NCBI GenBank assembly: GCA_963758525.1
Contig: CAVWVQ010000002.1
Span: 96,001-160,000, forward strand
Length of the DNA stretch: 64,000 bases
Reading direction: 5' to 3'
DNA from: an uncultured Phycisphaerales bacterium
GTDB lineage: Bacteria > Planctomycetota > Phycisphaerae > Tepidisphaerales > Tepidisphaeraceae
Shown: positions 1 through 9,684 of the stretch, in pieces
Layout: the number at the start of each line of letters is the position of its first letter
How positions within the stretch are numbered: position 1 is the stretch's first letter
The notes under the pieces: model-generated
What the model was told of the DNA's origin: nothing
What the model saw: the letters and a program-made list of their open reading frames with translations, nothing else
Databases searched by the model: none
Program-made: the position numbers and the translations under genes

Positions 1-1351
1 CGACCCGCAGCTTTCCCTGAACACGCCCAACTGGCCCATCATCTGGGATCACATCTTTGGATGGAACAATTCGACAATCGTCAATCCCTCGAAGGAGGCG
101 GCCGAGCAATACAATCCTCCGTCCGCGGAAGATTCGAAAGACGACACCGCCAGATTCCTCTTTGAAGGAACCGACCAGGAAGGCAAAGGCGCCGGCCTGC
201 TCGGCGTTGCGATCATCTTCTTCATCATCTACTGGATCGCGGCTGGTCCCGGCAGCTTTTTTGTGCTCTCCAATCGCAAGCGCAAGGACTTGAGCTGGTT
301 TGTCTTTGGCGCAGCGGCGATCATTGCCGCCGCCTGCACCGCTTTGCTGGTGAAGCTCATTCTCCGCGGCAGCCCCGAACTGAAGCACATGAGCATCGCG
401 CGGACTGCCCCTGGCGAGCACGCCCAGGTGCTGAGCAGAATCGGTCTTTATATTCCGCGCGACGGCAACCAGTCGATCTCCCTTCTCGAAACCGCCAACG
501 ATGCGCAGAGCGTTCTCTCCCCGTTGATCGTTCATCCGCAGTCGGTGGAGGACACCGAGTTCCCGGCCGCCCAGGATTACACTGTGCCGGTGCATGATCC
601 CGATCAGCCGGTTGCGATCGAAGTCCCCTTCCGCAGCACGCTGAAGAAACTGGAAGCCCGCTGGGTGGGCGACACGCAGAGCGGAATTACCGGTTCGGCG
701 CAGCTCGTCGAGCCCAGCGGCAGAGGCGGCTACATTGCCGGCACCCTCGTCAATCAGACGGGTTACGATCTGCAAAACGTTTTCTTCGGTTTCCACCACC
801 CCGTCGGCAACGGGAGCCAGCCGACCAACTGGGTGCTCTTTACCCCGTGGTGGAAGAAAGGGGACACCCTCGACCTCGGACACGAGTTCGCCATCGCTCC
901 ATCGCTGCTGAAGGTCATGGATAACACCCCGGATTGGAGCAAGCAGCGCGCGCGCGATTTCATCGACCCGCACTGGTCCAACTACTGGTACTCTTATCTC
1001 GACGGCGTGGGCAACAGCGACGACAAGAGCGGCGTTGAGTCTCGCGCGGATTTGCCGATTCTGACTTTCTTCGATCTGCTGCCGCCTCCGAAAAACACGG
1101 GGCAGAATGTCCAGCCGCAGGAGCGCAGCTTCAATGTCCTGCGCCGGGGCGGACGCGCGATGAATCTCAGCGCCGCGGTCCTCGCCGGCAAGCTCGTTGT
1201 TGCCGCCCAGGCGTTCTCCAGCAATATCCCCTGCCCGCTTTCGGTGGACGATCAAAAAATTTCCGGCGACGGAACGACTATTTTTCAGGCGGTGCTCCCG
1301 CTCGACGGCTCCGCGGTCAATCAGGCGCCATCGAAGGACCAGAAACGATAA
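1..1351 (+). CDS. Membrane-anchored protein associated with the ABC export operon (5'-truncated by window edge)
   Basis: Frame 2 is open from position 2 into ORF 263..1351; two hydrophobic segments (GLLGVAIIFFIIYWIAAGPGSFFVL, LSWFVFGAAAIIAAACTALLV) precede a soluble domain; directly upstream of an ABC ATPase. Confidence 0.7.
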   Translation, partial: DPQLSLNTPNWPIIWDHIFGWNNSTIVNPSKEAAEQYNPPSAEDSKDDTARFLFEGTDQEGKGAGLLGVAIIFFIIYWIAAGPGSFFVLSNRKRKDLSWFVFGAAAIIAAACTALLVKLILRGSPELKHMSIARTAPGEHAQVLSRIGLYIPRDGNQSISLLETANDAQSVLSPLIVHPQSVEDTEFPAAQDYTVPVHDPDQPVAIEVPFRSTLKKLEARWVGDTQSGITGSAQLVEPSGRGGYIAGTLVNQTGYDLQNVFFGFHHPVGNGSQPTNWVLFTPWWKKGDTLDLGHEFAIAPSLLKVMDNTPDWSKQRARDFIDPHWSNYWYSYLDGVGNSDDKSGVESRADLPILTFFDLLPPPKNTGQNVQPQERSFNVLRRGGRAMNLSAAVLAGKLVVAAQAFSSNIPCPLSVDDQKISGDGTTIFQAVLPLDGSAVNQAPSKDQKR

Positions 1352-1379
1352 CTTTCAACTTGCGATCGAGAGCCGAACC

Positions 1380-2313
1380 ATGGCAGTCATGATCAAAACC
1401 GTGAGTCTCACCAAACGCTACGGCTCACTGGTGGCGCTGGCGAACCTCAACCTCGAAATCAACGAGGGCGACTGCTTCGGGTTCATCGGGCCCAACGGCG
1501 CGGGGAAAAGCACCACCATCAAAATTCTCGCCACGCTGCTCCAGCCGACCTGGGGCGAGGCGCGCGTCTGCGATTTCGTCGTCGGCTACCAGTCGCGGCA
1601 GATCCGCCCGCTGATCGGCTACGTTCCCGACTACTTCGGCGCGTATGAGGACATGGTCGTGCAGGAATATCTGGAATTCTTTGCCGCCGCCTACAACATC
1701 AACGGGCCATCCCGGACCAAGATCGTCAACGACGTTCTGGAGCTTACGGACCTGGCCTACAAGCGCGACGCGTTGGTCGACGGCCTGTCGCGCGGGATGA
1801 AGCAGCGCCTTTCCATCGGGCGCGTTCTGGTTCACGATCCGAAGGTTTTGCTCCTTGACGAGCCCGCCGGCAATCTCGACCCGCGCCCGGATCGAAATGC
1901 GGGAACTGCTCAAGGAATTGCAGCGCCGACAGAAGACCATTTTGATCTCATCCCACATCCTGCCGGAATTGGCCGACCTTTGTAACACCGTCGGCATCAT
2001 CGAACAGGGCGAATTGCTCTACAGCGGCCCGGTCGCCGACATCGTCCGCAAGGCCAGGGGCGGCACCGTCCTGCACGTGGGCGTCGCCGAAAACCAGGAA
2101 CAGGCCGCCGCAGCGCTGAGCCAGGATCCCAACATCCTCAGCGTCGCGGCCAGCAACGGTTTCATGGAGGTTTCCCTCAAGGACGGCATCACCGATTTCA
2201 CCTTCGTCCCCGAACGTCTCGTCGCTGCCGGGTATCGGCTCACGTTGCTCAAGGAAGAAGACGTGAATCTCGAAACCGCGTTCATGCGGCTGACGAAAGG
2301 AGCGGTGCAGTGA
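1380..2313 (+). CDS. ABC transporter ATP-binding protein (frameshift near 1880)
   Basis: Walker A GPNGAGKST, signature LSRGMKQR, Walker B LLLDEP; continues in ORF 1855..2313 (ARIEMRELL..ILISSHIL). Confidence 0.93.
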
Positions 2314-2316
2314 AGC

Positions 2317-2480
2317 TGGTGATTGGTGATTGGAACGTGACGGAGACGAAGACACGGGGAATTGAGGATTGCAAATTGCAAATTGCAAATTGCAAATTTG
2401 GAGACAGGGACCCGTTGGTCGCGTCGGTATTATCTCCCAATTTTGCAATTTGCGATTTGCAATCCTCAATTTGCAATTGC
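2317..2480. repeat. Heptamer tandem repeats in inverted arrangement (GCAAATT / AATTTGC; also TGGTGAT)
   Basis: AATTGAGGATTGCAAATTGCAAATTGCAAATT at about 2360-2400 is mirrored by TTTGCAATTTGCGATTTGCAATCCTCAATT at about 2438-2480. Confidence 0.85.
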
Positions 2481-2590
2481 CTCTCCCTCTTCGCCCCTCT
2501 CCGCTCCTCGCGTCGCCCCTTCCCTCCCTTCGTGCCGCAGTTTACCCGCCGCGGCGGGTGCCTTCGTGCCTCCGTGCCTTCCCCATAACC

Positions 2591-4669
2591 ATGCTCGGAA
2601 TCGCCGACTATCTCTGGCGGCTCATCCCCGCCAATCCGATCCTGCTCCGCGTCGTCGCGACGGCGGGGAAGCGGCGGCGCGACCTGTTCATCCGTTGCGG
2701 CTACCTCGGGCTGCTTGTGCTCATGGTCATGATCCTCGGTCCGGGAGCCAGCGGAGGCGGGCTTTCGCAACTGGCCAAAGCGAGTTCCGCGCTGTTTCAG
2801 CGGATGAGCTATCTGCAACTGGGACTCGTGACGCTGCTGGCGCCCATTTTCACCGCCGGTGCGATCACGCAGGAAAAGGACAGCCAGACCTACGACATCC
2901 TTCTCACCACGCCGCTGACCAACGGCCAGATCGTTCTCGGCTCGCTGCTCTCGCGGCTCTTCTTTGTGATCGCCCTGCTCGTCAGCGGGATTCCGATCTT
3001 CGCCATCACGCAGATCTTCGGCGGCGTCGCCGTCAGCAGCATCGTTGGTTCGTTCTTCATCGCCGCTTCCACCGCATTCGTCACCGGCTCTCTCGCGATG
3101 GCGATTGCCGTGCTCAAGGTCGGCACGCGGCGCACCATCTTCGGGTTTTACGTTTTTATCGTTCTCTATATCGTCGGCATGTTCGTGCTCGATCAGTTGC
3201 CGTTCTTTCAGATCACCGGGCATCAAACCAACGCGACGGTCGCGTCACATATCAGTTGGTTCAGCGGCCTGCAGCCATTCCTCGCACTGCGGGCGACCCT
3301 GCACGATCCCGCATATACTCCCCCGCTCCCTGGCGATCTCCCCGAGAATCTCCGCTTCTGGCCCGCGAGCTGGTATCTGACCGATCCCGCCGGCTTCTAT
3401 ACAACGTTCATGTTCATCCTCAGCTTTCTGCTGGTCATGCCGTCGATCGTTGTTCTGCGACGCATGGCACAGGCGAGCAACACTCCCTTCACCTGGCTCA
3501 TGACAAAGATCAGCCGGACCGCGGGAGACAAAACGCGCAAGCCGCGCACTGTCTGGCAGAATCCCGTCGCCTGGCGCGAAGCAAAGACCAAGGGCTCGGC
3601 CATCCGTTCGTCGCTGCTGCGGTACTGCTTCATCGGCGCGGGGCTGCTCGGCGCGGTGAGCCTGGTGTGGCTGTACGCTTCGACCGAGCCGGCAACGGTT
3701 CCCGATTACGTCGACTCGTCCAGCTACAACGCGGCTTACGATAACTTCACGGTCTACGCGAAGGACGGCACCCCCACCACTCTTTCGCTCCAGCCCCCGC
3801 CGACACTCACGATCGACGGCAAGACTGCCACGCCAGGCGATATTCACGGACACCTCTCCGTCGTCGCCACGCCGGTTGTGGATTCGCTGGGCAGAAAAAC
3901 CAGTTGGTCATCGCTGGCCGTCACTGACCTTCCGCGCAAGCTCAGTGCGACGCAGGCCCGGGAATTCCTGCTGGGCGCAACGGTCGTGGAGTTTGCGATC
4001 ATCCTCCTGATCGTGACCAACGTCGCGGCTTCCACCGTCACGCGCGAAAAGGAAGACGGCACGCTCGACCTGCTCCTGAGCACCCCCATCACGAGCCGCT
4101 ATTACATCTGGGGCAAGCTGCGCGGCCTGGTCAGCTTCGTTCTGCCTCTGGTCGCGGTGCCGGTGTTGAGCGTCGGGATCTTCGTCGCCTACGACGCGTT
4201 TCATTTCTTTCTCAATCATGCCGATTCCACGATGCAATGGATCGCCTTTCCCGACGCGCTGCTGATCATGCCGGGAACGCTGATCATCATCAGCGCATTG
4301 GCAGCCATCGTAGGGATGCAGATGTCGCTGCGCTGCCGCAAGAGCGTTGTGGCGGTGATGAGCAGTGTCGGGATCGTGGTCGGCCTGTGTGCGGTGCTGG
4401 GCTTCTGCGGGTTCCAGATGCTCCAGTCTTCCGGGGCCGATACGATCGGCGTCGTCGCCGGGAGTTTCAGCCCATTCACGCTGCTCACGATGGAAATCAA
4501 TCCCTACGAGGGGGCGGCGACCGCCTTCGGCAACGGCGACAGCAGCCCGCGGGTGCTCATCTTCGTTTTCAGTTGGATCGCCGTCGGAGTGTATGCCGCC
4601 GTCGTCGCGGCGATGTATAAGTCAATGGTGAAGAATTTTGACATGACGATCCGCAAGCAATCCAGATGA
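2591..4669 (+). CDS. ABC-2 type permease with two permease domains
   Basis: Two copies of the permease motif (AGAITQEKDSQTYDILLTTPL and ASTVTREKEDGTLDLLLSTPI); many TM segments; ATG at 2591. Confidence 0.88.
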   Translation: MLGIADYLWRLIPANPILLRVVATAGKRRRDLFIRCGYLGLLVLMVMILGPGASGGGLSQLAKASSALFQRMSYLQLGLVTLLAPIFTAGAITQEKDSQTYDILLTTPLTNGQIVLGSLLSRLFFVIALLVSGIPIFAITQIFGGVAVSSIVGSFFIAASTAFVTGSLAMAIAVLKVGTRRTIFGFYVFIVLYIVGMFVLDQLPFFQITGHQTNATVASHISWFSGLQPFLALRATLHDPAYTPPLPGDLPENLRFWPASWYLTDPAGFYTTFMFILSFLLVMPSIVVLRRMAQASNTPFTWLMTKISRTAGDKTRKPRTVWQNPVAWREAKTKGSAIRSSLLRYCFIGAGLLGAVSLVWLYASTEPATVPDYVDSSSYNAAYDNFTVYAKDGTPTTLSLQPPPTLTIDGKTATPGDIHGHLSVVATPVVDSLGRKTSWSSLAVTDLPRKLSATQAREFLLGATVVEFAIILLIVTNVAASTVTREKEDGTLDLLLSTPITSRYYIWGKLRGLVSFVLPLVAVPVLSVGIFVAYDAFHFFLNHADSTMQWIAFPDALLIMPGTLIIISALAAIVGMQMSLRCRKSVVAVMSSVGIVVGLCAVLGFCGFQMLQSSGADTIGVVAGSFSPFTLLTMEINPYEGAATAFGNGDSSPRVLIFVFSWIAVGVYAAVVAAMYKSMVKNFDMTIRKQSR

Positions 4670-4717
4670 CCGGATGATCGCTACTACAATCACCAGCCAA
4701 GCCCTTGGAAATCAACC

Positions 4718-6003
4718 ATGACCGCCATTCAAACCGATCGTCTCATTCCGGATGGATCCAAACATTCCAAATTCTGGCAGAACGCGCACCTGTATTTCGA
4801 TCGCGTCTACCAGACGATGAATCTCGATCCTGTCTGGCACAGCGTGCTCTCCACTCCCAAACGCGTGCTCACTGTTTCCTGCCCGGTCCGGATGGACGAT
4901 GGCACCATTCAAGTCTTCACCGGCTATCGGCGCAGCACAACAACGCCCGCGGTCCGTTCAAAGGCGGCATTCGCTACGACACCGCCGTCAATATGGACGA
5001 GGTGATGGCACTGGCGATGCTCCAGACCTGGAAGAACGCCCTGGTGGATCTCCCCTACGGCGGAGCCAAAGGGGGCGTCGTCTGCAATCCGCGCAAGCTG
5101 TCGCTCGGTGAGAAAGAGCGTCTCACGCGACGGTTCACCAGTGAGATCATGCCGGTGATCGGCCCGCAGCATGACATCCCGGCCCCCGACGCGGGCACCG
5201 ACGCGCAGGTCATGAGCTGGGTGCTCGACACTTATTCGATGATGGTCGGCTACCAGGCGCTGGGCGTCGTCACCGGCAAACCCGTGGCCCTGGGCGGATC
5301 AGTCGGCCGCGAGGAAGCGACCGGCCGGGGGCTGATGAACATCCTCCGCAAATTTCTTGCCACGCAGAACAAGACGCTCACCGACGTGCGGATCGCGGTG
5401 CAGGGTTTCGGCAACGTCGGCTACCACGCCGCGCGGCTGCTCGACAGCCGCGGCGCAACGATCGTCGCCATCAGCGAGAAAAACGGCGGCATCTACGACG
5501 AGAGCGGCGTCGATATCGACGCCGCCGGCATTTACTACCGCGAGCGCGGCGACCTGACCGACTTCCCCGGCGGCGACGCCGTCAGCAATGAAGAGGTGCT
5601 CACCTGCGACTGCGACGTGCTCGTTCCCGCGGCGATGGAAAATACCATCGACGCCGACGTCGCCCCGCACGTTCGCGCCCGCATCGTGTGCGAAGGCGCC
5701 AACGGCCCCACCACTCCCGAAGCCGACGAGATTCTCCGCGACAACGGCATCACCGTGCTCCCCGACATCCTCGCCAACGCCGGCGGCGTGACCGTCAGCT
5801 ACTTCGAGTGGGTGCAGGGTCTGGACAATTTTTTCTGGGATCTCAAGCGAGTGCAGGACGAACTGCAGCGCGTGATGGAGAAGGCTTTTGACGAGGTGAA
5901 TGCCAAGGCCGATGCCGCCGATTGCGATTATCGCACCGCCGCCTACACGATCGCGATCAGCCGGGTCGCTGAAGCGTGCCGGTTGAAGGGATTGTTCCCG
6001 TGA
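4718..6003 (+). CDS. gdhA: Glu/Leu/Phe/Val dehydrogenase (glutamate dehydrogenase; frameshift near 4930)
   Basis: GPFKGGIRY, GGAKGG, DIPAPD, VQGFGNVG, EGANGP, PDILANAGGVTVSYFEWVQ; N-terminus in ORF 4718..5005. Confidence 0.92.
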
Positions 6004-6024
6004 TCCTGCGACACTCGAAACGAA

Positions 6025-6167
6025 GGGTGTAACTTTTATTTGTGGCGATTGCAGATTTTGCGATCGTAGGGCGGGATTCATCCCGCCGTTTTCTCAGCCG
6101 GCCAACAAATCGGCGGGATGAATCCCGCCCTACTCGGAGCCGATCGCCACTTTCGAGCGCCACACCC
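6025..6167. mobile_element. 143-bp MITE containing a REP doublet, copy 1
   Basis: Identical to 17103..17245; bipartite terminal inverted repeat GGGTGT-N11-GTGGCGAT; 8-bp direct repeat GAAACGAA at 6017-6024 and 6168-6175; internal GTAGGGCGGGATTCATCCCGCCG and its inverse at 6066-6088 and 6111-6133. Confidence 0.9.
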
Positions 6168-6283
6168 GAAACGAAAGCGCCAGCACCGCACCGCTTCCCT
6201 GAACGCTTCCTCTGGTTTATCCTCATGTTGTAACGATTCGGTTTCGAGCAACCAGCAATCCCCCCGGCGAAGGAGCAACAATC

Positions 6284-7135
6284 ATGGCGATTTCCATCGG
6301 CGTTAACGCGTGGGTCTGGCAGGCCCCTTTCACCACCAATGATCTTGGCCTGCTCGACAAAGCGGCGAAAATGGGCTTCACCAGTTTTGAGATCGGACTT
6401 GAAGACCAATCACTCATCGATCCGCAAAAGCTCAAGGACAAACTGCAGGCGACCAACCTCAAGCTGGTCGTCTGCGGCGCGTTCGGACCGACACGCGACC
6501 TGACGCACGAAGATCCGCAGTACCGCCAGGAGAGCCTGGACTACATGGCCAATGGCTTCAAGTTTTGCCAGGCGGCTGGCACCGCGATCTGGGCTGGGCC
6601 GAGCTATTCATCCGTTGGCAAGCGCCGTCAGATCTCGGCCGAGCAGAAGAAGAAGGAATGGGATCTCGCCGCGACCGGCTTGCGAAAGGCCGCGAAGATC
6701 GCGGCCGATCACGGGGTGAAGATCGCGCTGGAGCCGCTCAATCGTTTTGAAACGGATCTGGTCAACACTTCCGAGCAGGTCGTCCGGCTCATCGACGACA
6801 TCGGCGAAAAGAACGTCGGCGTCCATCTCGACACATTCCACATGAACATCGAGGAGCTCGACAGCGGCGCCGCCATCCGCCACGCCGGCGACAAGTTGCT
6901 CCACTTCCACACCTGCGAAAACGACCGCGGCGCGCCCGGGTCGGGACGCAATATCGACTGGGATAATGTCGCGCAGGCGCTGAAGGACGTGAAATATAAC
7001 GGCAACGCCGTCATCGAGTCATTTACGCCCGCCTGCTCCATCGCCGGCGCGGCGGCGATCTGGCGTCCGCTCGCCAAGTCACAAGACGCGCTGGCCAGCG
7101 AGGGCCTCGCATATTTGAAAAAGCTTCTGCATTAA
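6284..7135 (+). CDS. Sugar phosphate isomerase/epimerase (D-tagatose/D-psicose 3-epimerase family)
   Basis: LEPLNRFET, HLDTFHMNIEE, HFHTCENDRGAPGSG, VIESF metal-binding motifs; RBS AAGGAG. Confidence 0.88.
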   Translation: MAISIGVNAWVWQAPFTTNDLGLLDKAAKMGFTSFEIGLEDQSLIDPQKLKDKLQATNLKLVVCGAFGPTRDLTHEDPQYRQESLDYMANGFKFCQAAGTAIWAGPSYSSVGKRRQISAEQKKKEWDLAATGLRKAAKIAADHGVKIALEPLNRFETDLVNTSEQVVRLIDDIGEKNVGVHLDTFHMNIEELDSGAAIRHAGDKLLHFHTCENDRGAPGSGRNIDWDNVAQALKDVKYNGNAVIESFTPACSIAGAAAIWRPLAKSQDALASEGLAYLKKLLH

Positions 7136-7169
7136 GTCGCATTTGCTCCAAAATGCCCACAACCTCAAC

Positions 7170-7270
7170 GATCTGAAATCTGAGATCAAAGATCTGAAAT
7201 CTGAGATCTCAGATCTGAAATGAGATGGACGAGATCTCAAAATTTGAAATTTCCTCTCAAATTTGAAATT
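7170..7270. repeat. Heptamer tandem repeats (ATCTGAA/ATCTGAG/ATTTGAA)
   Basis: ATCTGAAATCTGAGATCAAAGATCTGAAATCTGAGATCTCAGATCTGAA... in an intergenic position. Confidence 0.8.
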
Positions 7271-7300
7271 CGCTTCTCCTCACTCCAACGAAAGGCTCCC

Positions 7301-8062
7301 ATGAACCTCCGCCCTCTTCTCGTTTCCCTGACCATCGCGTCGGCCGCACTATTCGTTCGCGCGGACGAGCCGAAAACCGATCTTCCCGCGCCCGATGCCG
7401 ACGGCTTCATCTCCCTTTTCAACGGCAAAGATCTGGCCGGCTGGGACGGCCTGGAAGGATTCTGGTCGGTCAAGGATGGCGCGATTTCCGGCGAAGAATC
7501 CAAGGAGCACCCCGCCCCGCAAACCGACCTGAACCTCGCCGCTTCCGTGGCCAATCCCGAGAAGTTCAGCAACTTCGAGTTGCACTGGTCCTGGAAATTC
7601 ACCACGCCCAAGGGCAACTCCGGCGTCCAATTTCGTTCGAAAATCGATAACGAAAAGGACAAGCACTGCGGCGGGTACCAGGCTGACTTTGACGCCGAGC
7701 GCGGATATGACGGCAGCATTTACGATGAACACGGCATCGTCGGCGGACGCCAGACCATGAGCAACCGCGGCGATCAAACGAACTGGACCGAAAAGACCAA
7801 GCGGGAAGTGAAGCCGCTCTCGGAAACCAAGGCCGAACTGCAGAAGGAAATCAAGCTCAACGACTGGAACGACGCCGTGCTCGTCGTTGACGGCAATCAC
7901 GTCACCTACACGGTCAACGGCCACCTGATGACTGACATGACCGACAACAGCCCCAAGGCCCGCAAGGACGGAGTCATCGGGATTCAGCTCCACCACGGCT
8001 TCGTGATGGAGATCCAGGTGAAGGACATCAAGATCAAGTTCCTGGACAAAGACGCGAAGTAA
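7301..8062 (+). CDS. DUF1080 / 3-keto-disaccharide hydrolase family secreted protein
   Basis: Signal peptide; GFISLFNGKDLAGW, NSGVQFRS, GYQAD, GSIY, WN, GVIGIQLH motifs. Confidence 0.88.
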   Translation: MNLRPLLVSLTIASAALFVRADEPKTDLPAPDADGFISLFNGKDLAGWDGLEGFWSVKDGAISGEESKEHPAPQTDLNLAASVANPEKFSNFELHWSWKFTTPKGNSGVQFRSKIDNEKDKHCGGYQADFDAERGYDGSIYDEHGIVGGRQTMSNRGDQTNWTEKTKREVKPLSETKAELQKEIKLNDWNDAVLVVDGNHVTYTVNGHLMTDMTDNSPKARKDGVIGIQLHHGFVMEIQVKDIKIKFLDKDAK

Positions 8063-8091
8063 GTCGAGAGAGATCCCTCGTGGCAAAAGCA

Positions 8092-8133
8092 AAGCCCCGC
8101 GGCTCGTCGAGAGTCGCGGGGCTTCATTTTTTT
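8092..8133. terminator. Intrinsic terminator between convergent genes
   Basis: AAGCCCCGCGGCTC-gtcga-GAGTCGCGGGGCTT followed by CATTTTTTT. Confidence 0.8.
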
Positions 8134-8151
8134 GCCTGGCCCCACTGGGAC

Positions 8152-9486
8152 TTACAACTCCGTCGCGTAGGGCTCGCCGAGTTCCTCTGCAGCCGTCACA
8201 AGCTTCACCGGCTTGAAGCCGCCCTTGGAGCGGTCATACAGCCAGATCGCGCCAAAGACGAACAGCAGTGCTGCCGGCAGAATCGCAACGACCCGGAACG
8301 ACATCTGCGATCCGACGACCTTTCCGGAGATTGCGGTGTAGTGGTCGTATACCTTGCCCATCTGCGGGAGCACAAGGAAGATCGACCCCATGCCCGCGGT
8401 ACCCATTAGTCCCATCAGCACGGCTCCGCCGCGCGGGAATCGCTCCGACGCGGCGGCAAGCATCGTGGGCCACATGTAGCAGACGCCGGTGCCCCAAACG
8501 GTTGCCGCAAGCAGGCCGGTGATCGGCGAATTTGCAAAGCTCAGCGACACCAGCCCGAGCGAAGCGAGGAGACACGAAATCCAAAGAAGTCCGACCGGCG
8601 AAAACTTATGTGCCATCGGACCGGCGAAGTGACGCATGACAAACATGAGGGCACTGACATAGACCAGGAGCAGAATTCCCGGCATGTGCACCGTTCGCGT
8701 CAATGCCAACTGCACCCACTGGCCTGGGGCCAGCTCGGAGGCCGCTGTCAGGAACATGGAGAAGAACCACACCAGAAAGAACGGCTTGAAGAATTCCTTC
8801 ATCATGTCGCCGGTTGAAATGCCCGCCGCGACGCGCTCGGTGGGCGGGAACTTGCAGGTGAGCATCAAGCCCCCGAAGAGCAGTGCCGGTATCAAAACGC
8901 AACCCATCTGCAGGCGCCAGTCGATGTTGATGTTGCTCAAGCCGGCGCCAATCAGGCCGCCGATGATCAAGCCGCCCGGCCACCAGGCGTGGAGCACGTT
9001 GAGCTTGTGGGTTTTGTCATCGGGATAGAGCGTGACCGCCAGCGGATTGATCACCGTTTCAACCAGTCCCCATCCGATTCCCGTCAGCAGCATCCCGACC
9101 CACAGTACCCAATAGGCGGAAAGCGCGTGAGAAAGTGGCGCGGTGAAGATGACAGTGATCGTGCCGCAGATGAAACAGAGCGAAGAGAGCCCCAGCAGCG
9201 GCCCCATGCCCAGATAATCCAGCAGCGGGCTGCCGACCGCGATGGTGATGGCAAACCCGAGAAAGGCCACTCCAAGCACGGATCCGATCATTTCCCCCGA
9301 ATGCACCGGATCGATCGGATCCAGAAACTGATGTTGAAACACGTCGGCCAGATTTCCGCGGATGCTCGCTGAAACGCCGGCCGTGACCAGCGCGATCACG
9401 CTGATGATGAAAATTCTGCGCTTGTCGTAATCGGCGTGGCGGTCCGTAGCGTGGGGAAGCGGGACGCCCGATGCTGCTTCAGTCAT
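8152..9486 (-). CDS. MFS transporter (probable sugar transporter)
   Basis: About 12 TM segments; PLLDYLG, LHAWWPGG, YMWPTML..ERFPRGG motifs. Confidence 0.85.
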   Translation of the reverse strand: MTEAASGVPLPHATDRHADYDKRRIFIISVIALVTAGVSASIRGNLADVFQHQFLDPIDPVHSGEMIGSVLGVAFLGFAITIAVGSPLLDYLGMGPLLGLSSLCFICGTITVIFTAPLSHALSAYWVLWVGMLLTGIGWGLVETVINPLAVTLYPDDKTHKLNVLHAWWPGGLIIGGLIGAGLSNINIDWRLQMGCVLIPALLFGGLMLTCKFPPTERVAAGISTGDMMKEFFKPFFLVWFFSMFLTAASELAPGQWVQLALTRTVHMPGILLLVYVSALMFVMRHFAGPMAHKFSPVGLLWISCLLASLGLVSLSFANSPITGLLAATVWGTGVCYMWPTMLAAASERFPRGGAVLMGLMGTAGMGSIFLVLPQMGKVYDHYTAISGKVVGSQMSFRVVAILPAALLFVFGAIWLYDRSKGGFKPVKLVTAAEELGEPYATEL

Positions 9487-9684
9487 GGAGATTCTCCTCT
9501 AGCCAAAAAAGAAAGGGTTGGGTTAACGTCGTATCATCTTCAAGTTACGGTTGAAATTCAAATCTTTGTTGCCATTCGCTTTATCGGGGAGGAGGCAGGC
9601 CGATAAAAACGCTTGTGAGGACCGTGCCGCTTGAATGTGGGATGGCACCACCATAGATTTCGGTGGCAATCCTCCTATTACCCC

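Noticed and set aside
2310..2590. ORFs with CKLQIAN repeats and the N-terminal extension of the permease
   Set aside because: They result from translating the heptamer repeats; the permease most likely starts at 2591
6042..6233. ORF MAIADFAIVGRDSSRR, repeated at 17120
   Set aside because: It is translation through the 143-bp MITE, not a duplicated gene
9580..9608. GCCGATAA as a fourth sigma28-like promoter upstream of sthA
   Set aside because: No TCA[AC] element at the matching distance; it is one arm of a TTTATCGG/CCGATAAA hairpin
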